64,000 nt of DNA. It comes from Shigella phage SSG23. The notes under the pieces were generated by a model. That model searched no databases. It saw only the letters and a list, made by a program, of their open reading frames with translations, and was not told where the DNA came from. The translations under genes were made by a program, and so were the position numbers. Below are positions 53,693-62,695 of this stretch, piece after piece (position 1 is the first letter of the stretch; every line of letters begins with the position of its first letter). The stretch is taken from sequence record PQ351811; one strand, written 5' to 3'.

Positions 53693-54797
53693 CGGATCTG
53701 ATACGTTCTATTACAAAGATGAAATTACGGCAATGCAAACCCGTATGCGCATTTTTAGTTATCTGTACTTGAGCAAACCTGAAATGTGGAATAAACCAGA
53801 TGCGTTAGAGTGTCGCGGGATCATGTTTGAAATCGATGATAAAGACCGACCAGTCCGCATTGCATCTCGTCCTATGGAGAAGTTTTTTAATTTAGGCGAG
53901 AATGACCGCGCTCGCTTTAAGCCGGAAGAGGTGGAAATGGTCATGGACAAAATGGACGGTAGTCTAGTAAGCACATACATTGATAACGGCTATGTTCAGT
54001 TGAAGTCTAAAGCGGCCTTGTACTCAAGCCAGGCAGAGAGAGCAAACGGTCTTCTGTATTCAGAGAAGTATGCGGAACTACGTGCTAAGATCGCCGATAT
54101 TGGATCTGATTATACTTTCAACTTTGAATATACAGCACCAAGCAACCGAATTGTTGTAGAATACAACGAACCGTCGCTAACACTTCTGAATGTACGCCAT
54201 AACGTCACAGGAGAGTATGTACCGCATCAAATTCTATTCGCCGATGCAATCCTGCGTCCTCATCTGGTAAATGCGTTACAGGTTGATTCAGCGCGGTTTA
54301 GCAATATTCTTGATGAAGTTCGGACCGCAGAAGGTATCGAGGGAATTGTTGCACGAACCAAAGACGGTCAGATGTTCAAGGTGAAAAGTGAATGGTATAT
54401 TGGTGTGCATAACATTAAAAACACATCGATGTTTCCTAATAACCTGATCTACTATGTCGTAGAAAGCGAAACCGATGATTTGCGTGCTGCATATGAAGGT
54501 GAACCGGAAGCACTGGAACGAATCGAGCTATTCGAGGAAGCATTCAGGTCTATTCTTCGCAATGCCTTCACGACAGCAACAGAATTTTATAACGCACACG
54601 CGGGAGAAGACAGAAAGACATATGCATCCAATGCGACTATCGAATCACGTAAACATGGTGATGCACAAGCATATATTTTCATGTGTCTGATGATTGCATT
54701 TGATGGTCTTGATTATGACCGTATTCTGGCTTCAATGAAAACTTACTATCTACGGAATTATAAGAAACTGATTCCGGCTGATAAGATTGATTGGTAA
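53628..54797 (+). CDS. 63: RNA ligase 1 (gp63)
   Basis: DALECRGIMFE, PVRIASRPMEKFFNL, KMDGSLVSTY (ligase lysine motif), LLNVR.NVTGEY, KLIPADKIDW-type end match T4 Rnl1; start overlaps denA 3' end. Confidence 0.9.
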   Translation: MSTKENNKKVLALFKNLMTLCDGSDTFYYKDEITAMQTRMRIFSYLYLSKPEMWNKPDALECRGIMFEIDDKDRPVRIASRPMEKFFNLGENDRARFKPEEVEMVMDKMDGSLVSTYIDNGYVQLKSKAALYSSQAERANGLLYSEKYAELRAKIADIGSDYTFNFEYTAPSNRIVVEYNEPSLTLLNVRHNVTGEYVPHQILFADAILRPHLVNALQVDSARFSNILDEVRTAEGIEGIVARTKDGQMFKVKSEWYIGVHNIKNTSMFPNNLIYYVVESETDDLRAAYEGEPEALERIELFEEAFRSILRNAFTTATEFYNAHAGEDRKTYASNATIESRKHGDAQAYIFMCLMIAFDGLDYDRILASMKTYYLRNYKKLIPADKIDW

Positions 54798-54839
54798 TAA
54801 TAAGCGGGGCTTGCCCCGCCTATTGTCGTTGGGGGTAAT

Positions 54840-55163
54840 ATGTCAAAGCTGATATACGTTGTTATCATATCTGTGTTGCTGGGGGTAGGCGGCAATATGT
54901 GGTGGGAAAATAAGAAGGAGGTGGACCGATTAAATCAGGAATTTACAGAGTATAAGAAAAAGACAGATGAAAAGATGAAGGTCGTAGACTCACTACAAAA
55001 GGAGATGTACGGGATAAGAACTAAGTTCGCGGAAGAACAAAACAAAGCAATGAAAGACGCTACGCGAGGCTATGTAGTAGCACAAAAACCTAAGTTGGTA
55101 GAGAAACAGCTTAATGATTCATTTAAGGAGTTTACCGAAGAATTAAAGGAGGCGACTAAATGA
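54840..55163 (+). CDS. putative i-spanin (N-terminal TM + coiled coil)
   Basis: 107 aa; TM LIYVVIISVLLGVGG then charged helical region; position next to pseT as T4 pseT.3. Confidence 0.45.
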   Translation: MSKLIYVVIISVLLGVGGNMWWENKKEVDRLNQEFTEYKKKTDEKMKVVDSLQKEMYGIRTKFAEEQNKAMKDATRGYVVAQKPKLVEKQLNDSFKEFTEELKEATK

Positions 55164-55612
55164 GCATAGAAATATTGCCTACGCAAGAGCAGATAAGCAA
55201 TTTTAATCTGGTTGATTATCTGGGGATAGGTGCAAGCATTATTATCCTGATGGTGTTTTCAATTTTCGTAATACATTGGATGTTTAAGAAAGCACATAAG
55301 AATTTCCAGACCGCCATAATCCATGTTTTTGCTGTACCGATTGTATTTGCGCTTTCTTCATGTACAATGGACCATTATTCACAGGAACCGAAATTACATC
55401 CACCACTACCAGCACCAATAGAAAAAGTTGACATTGACCTGAATGTGGATACAATAGACGGTAAGCCTAGAGTTTCTATGTCGTGGGAGGACTCCCAAAA
55501 ATTTAGAGTCTGGTTGGCTGATATTAAGAGATATACACTTGAAAGTAAGTTGATCATGTGTTATTATCGCAAAGAACTCAATGAGGAACGGTGTAAACCG
55601 AAGGAGAAATAA
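55160..55612 (+). CDS. putative o-spanin (lipoprotein); start uncertain
   Basis: Internal signal plus lipobox FALSSC; possible true start at an internal ATG near 55280. Confidence 0.4.
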   Translation: MSIEILPTQEQISNFNLVDYLGIGASIIILMVFSIFVIHWMFKKAHKNFQTAIIHVFAVPIVFALSSCTMDHYSQEPKLHPPLPAPIEKVDIDLNVDTIDGKPRVSMSWEDSQKFRVWLADIKRYTLESKLIMCYYRKELNEERCKPKEK

Positions 55613-56490
55613 TGCCGAAATGTGAAGTGATTTTAACCGTTGGTTGTTCTGGGTCCGGTAAAACTACATGGGCTATGGAAACATGTAAACGGTTTAGTAA
55701 TTATCGTAATGTGAATCGTGATGATCTTCGTCTTATGTTGTTTGGTGTTGACTCACCTTTGAAATACAAATATACTAAGGAAAAGGAAAAGCTGGTAGAG
55801 TCTATTCAGAGAATGATTGCTCGCGAGACTCTATCACGCGGATTGAGTATCATTATCTCTGATACCAACCTGAAAGAAAAACATCGTGTATTCTACAAAG
55901 AACTTGCAAAAGAATTTAACGCGGTGTATACTGAACAAGTGTTCAATGAACCGTTTGAGACACTAAAGAAACGTAATTTCTATCGCGGCGAGAAAGCAAT
56001 TCCGCTATCTCATTTGCGTAACCAATTTTATCTGATGCAGGAATATATGGGTCAAGAAGTATACAAACCGAATACCATGCTGCCAAAGGCAGTGATCTTT
56101 GATATTGATGGAACATTAGCGGATAAGGGCGGTCGTCATCCGTTTGACTGGACAAAGGTCAAAGAAGATAAACCGCGTCCGCAAGTGATCGAAATGCTTA
56201 AACTGTATCGTGATAATGGTTATCGTATCATTACATGCTCAGGGCGTGAGGATGTTTGCGAAGAAGATACGCTGCAATGGTTGCGTGAACAGGGTATTGA
56301 ACCTAGCGATCACTTCCAGCGTGAAACTAATGATCGACGTCCAGACCATGAAGTCAAGAAAGAAATTTTCTTCTCTGAAATTGCACCGCGTTATCATGTT
56401 GTTTTGGCGGTAGATGACCGTGATCAAGTGGTTGACATGTACCGCGCAATCGGTGTAGAATGTTTTCAGGTTAACTACGGAGACTTTTAA
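55612..56490 (+). CDS. pseT: polynucleotide 5'-kinase/3'-phosphatase
   Basis: 292 aa; Walker A GCSGSGKTTWA, IISDTNL, HAD DIDGTLA, CSGRE, VVLAVDDRDQVVDMYRAIGVECFQV...GDF match T4 Pnk. Confidence 0.9.
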   Translation: MPKCEVILTVGCSGSGKTTWAMETCKRFSNYRNVNRDDLRLMLFGVDSPLKYKYTKEKEKLVESIQRMIARETLSRGLSIIISDTNLKEKHRVFYKELAKEFNAVYTEQVFNEPFETLKKRNFYRGEKAIPLSHLRNQFYLMQEYMGQEVYKPNTMLPKAVIFDIDGTLADKGGRHPFDWTKVKEDKPRPQVIEMLKLYRDNGYRIITCSGREDVCEEDTLQWLREQGIEPSDHFQRETNDRRPDHEVKKEIFFSEIAPRYHVVLAVDDRDQVVDMYRAIGVECFQVNYGDF

Positions 56491-56693
56491 TGTTTACCGA
56501 TAAAATTAAGAAATTAGGCGAATCACTTGCTAAACGTGGTTTTAATGTTGAGATTGAACCAGCACCAATTAACCCGTTTAGCGATGAGCGTCGTAGTGTA
56601 TATGTCATTATGAGCAATGATCATGGTGTGAATACATTCAATGTAAAACAGTATAGCGACGGGTCAGTAGAATACTTTCGCGTATACGGTTAA
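56490..56693 (+). CDS. hypothetical protein
   Basis: 67-aa ORF. Confidence 0.35.
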   Translation: MFTDKIKKLGESLAKRGFNVEIEPAPINPFSDERRSVYVIMSNDHGVNTFNVKQYSDGSVEYFRVYG

Positions 56694-56714
56694 TTGATAT
56701 GTGAGGATTATATT

Positions 56715-57221
56715 ATGTTATCACAAACTTACATGCAGATCGCCTATCTGATCGCAAAGAACTCTAAATGTGTTTCGTGGAAGGTAGGCGCACTAATTGA
56801 AAAAGACGGTCGAATCATTTCTACTGGATTTAATGGCACTCCGGCAGGGCAAGTAAATTGTAGCTGTCATGCACATAAAAGCGGTTGGCTGGATGATGAA
56901 GGTAAAATGATCCCTGAAAAGCGACCGGAACATAGCGCATGGTCACAGAAAAACGAGATCCACGCTGAATTAAATGCTATTTTGTTTGCTGCCCGTAATG
57001 GTGTATCGATTGAAGGGGCTAGTATGTGGTGCACTGCTTCACCGTGTCCAGATTGCGCTAAAGCAATTGCAAACAGTGGCATTAAACATCTATACTATTG
57101 CGATACATACGACCGAAATGGTGGGCGTGATTGGGCTGATATTTTGGATAAAGCCGACATTACGGTTACGCGTATTCCAAAAGCATTATTGACTGATTTG
57201 AAGGGTATTGATAATGACTGA
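56715..57221 (+). CDS. cd: dCMP deaminase
   Basis: QIAYLIAKNSKCVSWKVGALIEKDGRIISTGFNGTPAG, HAELNAILFAARNG, SPCPDCAKAIANSGIK match T4 Cd. Confidence 0.85.
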   Translation: MLSQTYMQIAYLIAKNSKCVSWKVGALIEKDGRIISTGFNGTPAGQVNCSCHAHKSGWLDDEGKMIPEKRPEHSAWSQKNEIHAELNAILFAARNGVSIEGASMWCTASPCPDCAKAIANSGIKHLYYCDTYDRNGGRDWADILDKADITVTRIPKALLTDLKGIDND

Positions 57222-57528
57222 ACAAATTGATAATATCGTACTTCGTGAAGCACTCAAGAAAATGTTTTCGGTCGGTACTCACTCTTTGCAGTTTACTAAG
57301 AAAGATGGTACTGTCCGAGATATGATCGCCACGCGAGATCCGGCACTGATGCCATTTGAAACATACGAAAAGTGGTTAGTGCCTAATGTTGATAAACCGC
57401 GTAAAGAATCAGAAACATCTTTGCCAGTATATGAAATTGCAGTTGAAGGTTTTCGTAGCTTCGGGCTTGATAGTCTGATTCATGTAAACGGCTTAACGCC
57501 AGCGCAGATCATCGAAATTTATAAATAA
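57214..57528 (+). CDS. hypothetical protein
   Basis: 104-aa ORF overlapping cd stop. Confidence 0.4.
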   Translation: MTEQIDNIVLREALKKMFSVGTHSLQFTKKDGTVRDMIATRDPALMPFETYEKWLVPNVDKPRKESETSLPVYEIAVEGFRSFGLDSLIHVNGLTPAQIIEIYK

Positions 57529-57569
57529 TTCATCATTAAACTGTATTGATTTGAAGAGGTAATAAAATT

Positions 57570-57893
57570 ATGACCGTTAAGACTCCTAAAGCACTTGGTG
57601 ATTATGTAATTATCGAAGCTAAAGCAGAAAGCGCAGGGACCGAAGTAAAAAGCTCTATGGGGATCATTATTGAGCAAAAGCGCAATATGGGCGAGATTCC
57701 GCTGGTAGGTAAGATTATTGATATTGGTGAAACTGTAGATAAAGAATTGCTGGGTAAAACTGTTCTACTGCCACACGGCAAGATGAATAAAGTTCCTCAC
57801 CCAGACGTTATTAACGGCGTTAAGAAGGAAGAAGAGATCGATCTTAAATGGACTGTAACACACAAACAGAATATTGTGGTAGTTTACGGTTAA
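57570..57893 (+). CDS. 31: co-chaperonin gp31 (GroES-like)
   Basis: 107 aa; GDYVIIEA..., mobile-loop-like region, KVPHPDV matches T4 gp31 NVPHPFV; position next to cd. Confidence 0.75.
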   Translation: MTVKTPKALGDYVIIEAKAESAGTEVKSSMGIIIEQKRNMGEIPLVGKIIDIGETVDKELLGKTVLLPHGKMNKVPHPDVINGVKKEEEIDLKWTVTHKQNIVVVYG

Positions 57894-57975
57894 TGATTTT
57901 AAACGGCGGGAATTATCCCGCCTATATTTTGGCTATATGATTTTGTAAGTTATTGATTATTAAGGAATTTTTATT

Positions 57976-58140
57976 ATGAAAACTATGAATGTAAACATCC
58001 ACGAAATCCATACCGAAGTATTCACCGAAGAAGACCAGTTTGGTGTATGGGTAAATCCTCACTCGATTACTATCGATATTCCTCATGACGATTACGATCC
58101 GTTCTCTATGATTAGCGAGATTAGTTTCAATGACTTCTGA
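57976..58140 (+). CDS. hypothetical 54-aa protein
   Basis: RBS-preceded ATG; below ORF-track cutoff. Confidence 0.3.
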   Translation: MKTMNVNIHEIHTEVFTEEDQFGVWVNPHSITIDIPHDDYDPFSMISEISFNDF

Positions 58141-58609
58141 AATTGATATCTATGCGGGTGGACCTTATCCATCTGGCGAGTTGAGTAATTTCAATAAAAG
58201 ACCATTCCGTCTATTTGGTTGCGATATTAACAGCACAGAAGGATTTTTACAGGGGCTAAGATTTAAGAACCCTCAGAGACAAAGAGAAATCTTTTTGATG
58301 CACGGTGGCAAAGCAAAAAGAACCGGAAGGACTGAAAAGATAGAGAATCACATGCTATATTTTCAGGGTCGCCCGATTCATCGAATGAGTGAGCATTATT
58401 ACAGACTGGTACATCTGGCATTTGTTACGATGGCACGGAATAACCCAGAATTTTGTAAAGCATTACTCGCTACCGGAAATAAGAAATTGCGTCATAGCAT
58501 AGGTGGAACTGATCCGTTAAAGACCATATTGACCGAATCGGAATTTTGTAGTATCCTCAATGATATTCGTGAACGTTTAACAAAACGAGGTGAAAATGTC
58601 AATTCTTAA
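58130..58609 (+). CDS. NADAR-like (YbiA/DUF1768 family) protein
   Basis: 159 aa; ELSNF, STEGFLQGLRF (cf. YbiA DFSNF...TSEHYFQAQKF), KALLATGNKKL fit NADAR pattern as recalled. Confidence 0.5.
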   Translation: MTSEIDIYAGGPYPSGELSNFNKRPFRLFGCDINSTEGFLQGLRFKNPQRQREIFLMHGGKAKRTGRTEKIENHMLYFQGRPIHRMSEHYYRLVHLAFVTMARNNPEFCKALLATGNKKLRHSIGGTDPLKTILTESEFCSILNDIRERLTKRGENVNS

Positions 58610-60092
58610 TATCATTAATCAGCTTGCAGCGACCGACAAAACATCGCTGAAAGAAAAGATCCTGAAAGAATCTGCAAGCAATGAAACGCTGAAAGAATGC
58701 TTTTATCTGGCATATTGCAAACAGGTTACGTTTGGCGTAAAGAAATACGATAAACCGTCGCGTTATTCATCTGTGTTGTCTTTATCCGGTGCATTACAGG
58801 TCTTTAAAAATAAACTTGCCACGCGTCAAGTAACTGGTAATGCCGCATTACAGCTAGTTACCGATACTCTGACTTGCTTGTCAGAAGATGATGCTAAAGT
58901 TGCAATGATGGTCCTGAATCGTGATCTGGAATGCGGTTGTTCCGCTACCACAGCAAACAAGGTATGGAAGAAGCTGATTCCTCAGCAGCCGTGCCATCTT
59001 GCATCGTCATGTTCTGATAAGACTATTGCCAATATCAAATATCCGGCGTATGCACAACTTAAAAGCGATGGCGCTCGTGGTATGGCTGATATTGACGGGG
59101 AAACATTAGCAATCTATACCCGTTCAGGTAATACCTATCAGGGGCTGGATGATTTGTTTGCTGTTTTAGAGCGTCTACGAGGCCGTGGAGTTGTTTTAGA
59201 TGGTGAGTTGGTATATATGCCTACCCTTTCGCAAACACCAGCGCAGAACTTCGTTGATAGCGTTTATGATGGTACTCTGTCATGGATATTTGAAGAAGAG
59301 GAAATGCCATTAACGCCAGTAGCGGAAGCAGTGAAAGAATCAGTTGTTGCAGATCGTCAGACCGGAAATGGTATCCTTAACAAATCACTGAAAGGAACTA
59401 TTCCGAAAGAAGAAGCCCAATGTATTGTATACACCGTCTGGGATGTTATCGACCGTGATGTGTATTACGGAAACGAGAAAGCAACGAAGCAGTATAAAGA
59501 TCGATTTGAGGAACTAAAACAGATTGTTGAAGAACTTAACGATCCTCGTGTTCAGATAATCGAAAATACTGTAGTTAACAATATCGATGAGGCTCGCGAA
59601 GTATATCATCGCTATGTAAACATGGGATTAGAAGGTATTATCCTTAAAAATTTACATGGTGTATTTGAAGATCGTCGCAGTAAAGATCAGGTTAAATTTA
59701 AAGAAGTGATTGACTTCGACGCGGAAATTGTTGATGTATATCCGCATAGTAAAGATCCTAACAAGGTAGGCGGTTTTACTGTCCGTAGTGCGTGCGGACG
59801 AATGACGACTAACACCGGATCGGGATTGACCGACACCACAACCGAAAAAGATGATGATGGTATTGAACGTGTAATTCCGTTCGATCGTCGAAATGAACTC
59901 GACCGAGAAATGTTATGGGCTGACCGTCATAACCTGATTGGAAAAGTCATTGAGATGACATGCAACGGGTATATCCGCAGCAAATCACGTAAAGAAGATG
60001 AACCGGAGTTCTCTTTATTTCTCCCGATCATCAAACGTATTCGCTACGACAAGACCACTGCAAATACAGTAAAAGAGGTATTCGATGTGTGA
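58596..60092 (+). CDS. 30: ATP-dependent DNA ligase gp30
   Basis: NRDLECG, ANKVW, YPAYAQLKSDGARG (ligase KxDG), VLDGELVY, GIANKSLKGTI, EGIILKN, KFKEV match T4 gp30. Confidence 0.9.
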   Translation: MSILNIINQLAATDKTSLKEKILKESASNETLKECFYLAYCKQVTFGVKKYDKPSRYSSVLSLSGALQVFKNKLATRQVTGNAALQLVTDTLTCLSEDDAKVAMMVLNRDLECGCSATTANKVWKKLIPQQPCHLASSCSDKTIANIKYPAYAQLKSDGARGMADIDGETLAIYTRSGNTYQGLDDLFAVLERLRGRGVVLDGELVYMPTLSQTPAQNFVDSVYDGTLSWIFEEEEMPLTPVAEAVKESVVADRQTGNGILNKSLKGTIPKEEAQCIVYTVWDVIDRDVYYGNEKATKQYKDRFEELKQIVEELNDPRVQIIENTVVNNIDEAREVYHRYVNMGLEGIILKNLHGVFEDRRSKDQVKFKEVIDFDAEIVDVYPHSKDPNKVGGFTVRSACGRMTTNTGSGLTDTTTEKDDDGIERVIPFDRRNELDREMLWADRHNLIGKVIEMTCNGYIRSKSRKEDEPEFSLFLPIIKRIRYDKTTANTVKEVFDV

Positions 60093-60561
60093 TAATGAAG
60101 GGGCGAAAGCCCCTAAACCTAAAAAATTGTCAAAGAAAGAGCAACGCCAGATCCTGAAAATGAAATACGGTGGACGTTGTGCCTATTGTGGCGAGGAACT
60201 AGGGGATCGCTGGCACGCAGACCACATCAAACCAGTATTGCGACGCTCAAAAGTAGTCTATGATGAAAGTGGACGAATTGCCCGTAATGATGATGGATCG
60301 TGGAAGTATAAGGTTGTAGGAATGCATAAACCGGAGCACGATATACTTGATAACATGAATCCGGCTTGTGTGCAATGCAATCTTTACAAAAGCTGTATGG
60401 GCTTAGAATACTGGCGTAAGTGTATACGCGAGAACTTCCAGAAGTACATTCAACGTAACATGGGATTACGTGCGGCTAAACGCTTTGGCTTACTTTCAAT
60501 CCACGATCAGCCAGTAGAATTTTATTTCGAAAAGTACGAGCGCGAGCATCAAGAAAAATAA
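60085..60561 (+). CDS. HNH endonuclease (free-standing)
   Basis: 158 aa; CAYCGEEL...HADHIKPV...NMNPACVQCNLYK classical HNH motif. Confidence 0.7.
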   Translation: MCDNEGAKAPKPKKLSKKEQRQILKMKYGGRCAYCGEELGDRWHADHIKPVLRRSKVVYDESGRIARNDDGSWKYKVVGMHKPEHDILDNMNPACVQCNLYKSCMGLEYWRKCIRENFQKYIQRNMGLRAAKRFGLLSIHDQPVEFYFEKYEREHQEK

Positions 60562-60574
60562 TTCAAAAAAGTTG

Positions 60575-60603
60575 TTGACAGGGGATCGCCGATCCCCTAT
60601 ACT
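60575..60603 (+). promoter_or_regulatory. PeSL-type promoter TTGACA-[GGGGATCgccGATCCCC]-TATACT
   Basis: Palindromic 17-bp spacer with two GATC sites. Confidence 0.6.
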
Positions 60604-60637
60604 GCACACATACCGAAACGAACTAGGAGAATCAATT

Positions 60638-60817
60638 ATGAACTTCAACGAAATCATCGCTAAAATCCGCTACAACGAAGAAACCATTGAACTGATGCAA
60701 AACAATATCACCAATGGTTATATGATTGCAGCGTCACAAGAAATCATTGATTTGACAGTAGCAGAAAATGCTCAGTTGAAACATCAACTTTCAACGGCTG
60801 GCGTGATTGTTATGTAA
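60638..60817 (+). CDS. hypothetical protein
   Basis: 59-aa ORF from RBS-proximal ATG. Confidence 0.4.
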   Translation: MNFNEIIAKIRYNEETIELMQNNITNGYMIAASQEIIDLTVAENAQLKHQLSTAGVIVM

Positions 60818-60834
60818 TAAAGAGAGGTGACTAA

Positions 60835-61167
60835 ATGGCAAAAGTTCAGGTAGGCGAGGTCTTCAAAATGGAAGACCACACCGTGGAAGAGATGAAAGGC
60901 GCGGTATTGAAAGTAACTAATTCAATGTGGCGTAGTGTGCTTTACATCAACTTTATCGACGGTGATGTGTGGTGGGCTAGTGATAACGTTAAATGGGGCG
61001 TTAAATGGGACGAAGAAGGCAATATGGCCATCAAGTTCTACAAAGGTCATACTCACTGGTTAGGAACAGAGGATGTTGTAGAAGTTCTGGCGGTTGATGT
61101 TATGCCAGGAGAGATCGAAAGTCTTAGCGGAACCGCAAAAGAAGCATTGACACGCCATTTTGTGTGA
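60835..61167 (+). CDS. hypothetical protein, member of HxHW...LAVDV paralog family
   Basis: 110 aa; ...GHTHWLGTEDVVEVLAVDV... Confidence 0.45.
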   Translation: MAKVQVGEVFKMEDHTVEEMKGAVLKVTNSMWRSVLYINFIDGDVWWASDNVKWGVKWDEEGNMAIKFYKGHTHWLGTEDVVEVLAVDVMPGEIESLSGTAKEALTRHFV

Positions 61168-61224
61168 TGTAATATAACAATCATTGGGAGGGGTAATACT
61201 CTCCCACAAATTGAGGATAATATT

Positions 61225-61416
61225 ATGTGTGGTCTTAAAATGGTTGCTGAATATAAGCAAACTGGTAATGTCATGATGTATCGTCGCAATGCTAACGAAG
61301 ACTGGAAACCTTCCAACCGAATTAAATCCATTCAGACGTTTATGAATAACATCAAAGAAAACCTTTTCGTTAAGCGTGCTGGTGTTGGACATTGGGAAGT
61401 TTACGAAGTTGTATAA
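61225..61416 (+). CDS. hypothetical protein
   Basis: 63-aa ORF, RBS GAGGA upstream. Confidence 0.4.
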   Translation: MCGLKMVAEYKQTGNVMMYRRNANEDWKPSNRIKSIQTFMNNIKENLFVKRAGVGHWEVYEVV

Positions 61417-61432
61417 TTTTGAGGAAATTGTT

Positions 61433-61726
61433 ATGGAACATACTAATTTGTTTGTAGCCGAACCTTTCGTTGAAGGCAATAAAAATCTGGCTAATACCGT
61501 TATTCTTTATGAAGATTGGATCTTTTACATCGACGAGCATTTAGATGTATTTTGTCGCACAGATAAAAGCGACCAATTTCCAATTGAAAAAAATCGAACA
61601 TCAAATCATTGGTACGGCGGGAATGACGAAACCGACCTAGCTATTGTTCTCGAATCAGGCGTAGAATCTGAACATGCCAATGAAGTGGCAGACAAATTTA
61701 TGAAATACGCATATAAAGCATTATAA
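61433..61726 (+). CDS. hypothetical protein
   Basis: 97-aa ORF from RBS-proximal ATG. Confidence 0.4.
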   Translation: MEHTNLFVAEPFVEGNKNLANTVILYEDWIFYIDEHLDVFCRTDKSDQFPIEKNRTSNHWYGGNDETDLAIVLESGVESEHANEVADKFMKYAYKAL

Positions 61727-61731
61727 AGTTG

Positions 61732-61760
61732 TTGACAGGGGATCACAGATCCCCTATAAT
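61732..61760 (+). promoter_or_regulatory. PeSL-type promoter TTGACA-[GGGGATCacaGATCCCC]-TATAAT
   Basis: Palindromic spacer 61738-61754 with two GATC sites. Confidence 0.6.
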
Positions 61761-61794
61761 GCACACATACCAACGAGATATAGGAGAATCAAAA

Positions 61795-61962
61795 ATGTTC
61801 CAGACTAAAGAAGAATGTGAAGCATACATTGTAGCAAACCACGGTGAAGACTACCTGAAATTCGATATCGTAGTAGCACAGAAGATCACCGGAATGGTTG
61901 CAAAATATCTGGGTGTTAAAGAAGGTTACTATCCGAGCAACGCACCAGAAATTAACAAATAA
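61795..61962 (+). CDS. hypothetical protein
   Basis: 55-aa ORF from RBS-proximal ATG. Confidence 0.35.
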   Translation: MFQTKEECEAYIVANHGEDYLKFDIVVAQKITGMVAKYLGVKEGYYPSNAPEINK

Positions 61963-61965
61963 TAG

Positions 61966-61994
61966 TTGACAATGATTAACGGGAGTAGTAAGAT
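61966..61994 (+). promoter_or_regulatory. PeSL-type promoter TTGACA-17-TAAGAT within palindrome GGGAGTAgtaagaTACTCCC
   Basis: Same module as 25364 and 25868. Confidence 0.55.
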
Positions 61995-62026
61995 ACTCCC
62001 ATCAAGAAAACAAACGGAGAATCAAA

Positions 62027-62206
62027 ATGAAAGCTATCGAAGTTCAGAAGTACATGGAAATCATCGTTGAAGGTAAAGCACATTTAGTGTTGACTACTCA
62101 CGTAGGATATGATAAAAATGTACATATGCTGGTAGACAATATCGGTTGGATGAAGTTTAATCCTAACGAGAATATACAAGCTCAAGAAATGACCATCCCT
62201 TTCTAA
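62027..62206 (+). CDS. hypothetical 59-aa protein
   Basis: RBS ACGGAGA then ATG; below ORF-track cutoff. Confidence 0.35.
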   Translation: MKAIEVQKYMEIIVEGKAHLVLTTHVGYDKNVHMLVDNIGWMKFNPNENIQAQEMTIPF

Positions 62207-62218
62207 GAGGAATATATT

Positions 62219-62497
62219 ATGATGCGAATTACTGCAACACTGGATAAGACACACAAAGAAAGATTTTTCGGTATGATCTTAAAAACGCCGATTTTCGATA
62301 ATTACCTTTATGTTGACTATGAAGGCCATATTAGCTATAAATGTAAAAATGATATTCGTGATTCCTTTGGTGATAAATCACAAGCTGATATTCATGACCA
62401 CTGGTGGACCTTCGACGAACCTTTACGGATTATCGCAGTTGATGTAAAAACAATAAAAGAAGCTGATAAGGTAGTTAACGATTATGAGCAAATTTAA
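62219..62497 (+). CDS. hypothetical protein, member of HxHW...(I/L)AVDV paralog family
   Basis: 92 aa; ...IHDHWWTFDEPLRIIAVDV... Confidence 0.45.
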   Translation: MMRITATLDKTHKERFFGMILKTPIFDNYLYVDYEGHISYKCKNDIRDSFGDKSQADIHDHWWTFDEPLRIIAVDVKTIKEADKVVNDYEQI

Positions 62498-62693
62498 AGA
62501 CTACAAAGCATATCAACAGATCCTGCGAGTATATGACGCGGAGTTCGCCGAAAAGATGATGGAAGATGCATCAAAATGCCCGTCCTTTTCTGGAAACAAG
62601 AATCATTATTCGACCGGGATTGTATCGTGGAAAGAAACCGCATATACTAAACAATGGATAGATGTGTTTTCAAAAACTCTTGAATGGTGTTAA
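62484..62693 (+). CDS. hypothetical protein (MSKFKDY tandem paralog 1)
   Basis: 69 aa. Confidence 0.4.
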   Translation: MSKFKDYKAYQQILRVYDAEFAEKMMEDASKCPSFSGNKNHYSTGIVSWKETAYTKQWIDVFSKTLEWC

Positions 62694-62695
62694 TT

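Noticed and set aside
60572-60637. ORF-track N-terminal extensions MLTGDRRSPILHTY (60572) and MLTGDHRSPIMHTY (61729) look like a conserved peptide.
   Set aside because: They are translations of the conserved PeSL promoter DNA (TTGACAGGGGATC...). The real start codons are the RBS-preceded ATGs at 60638 and 61795.
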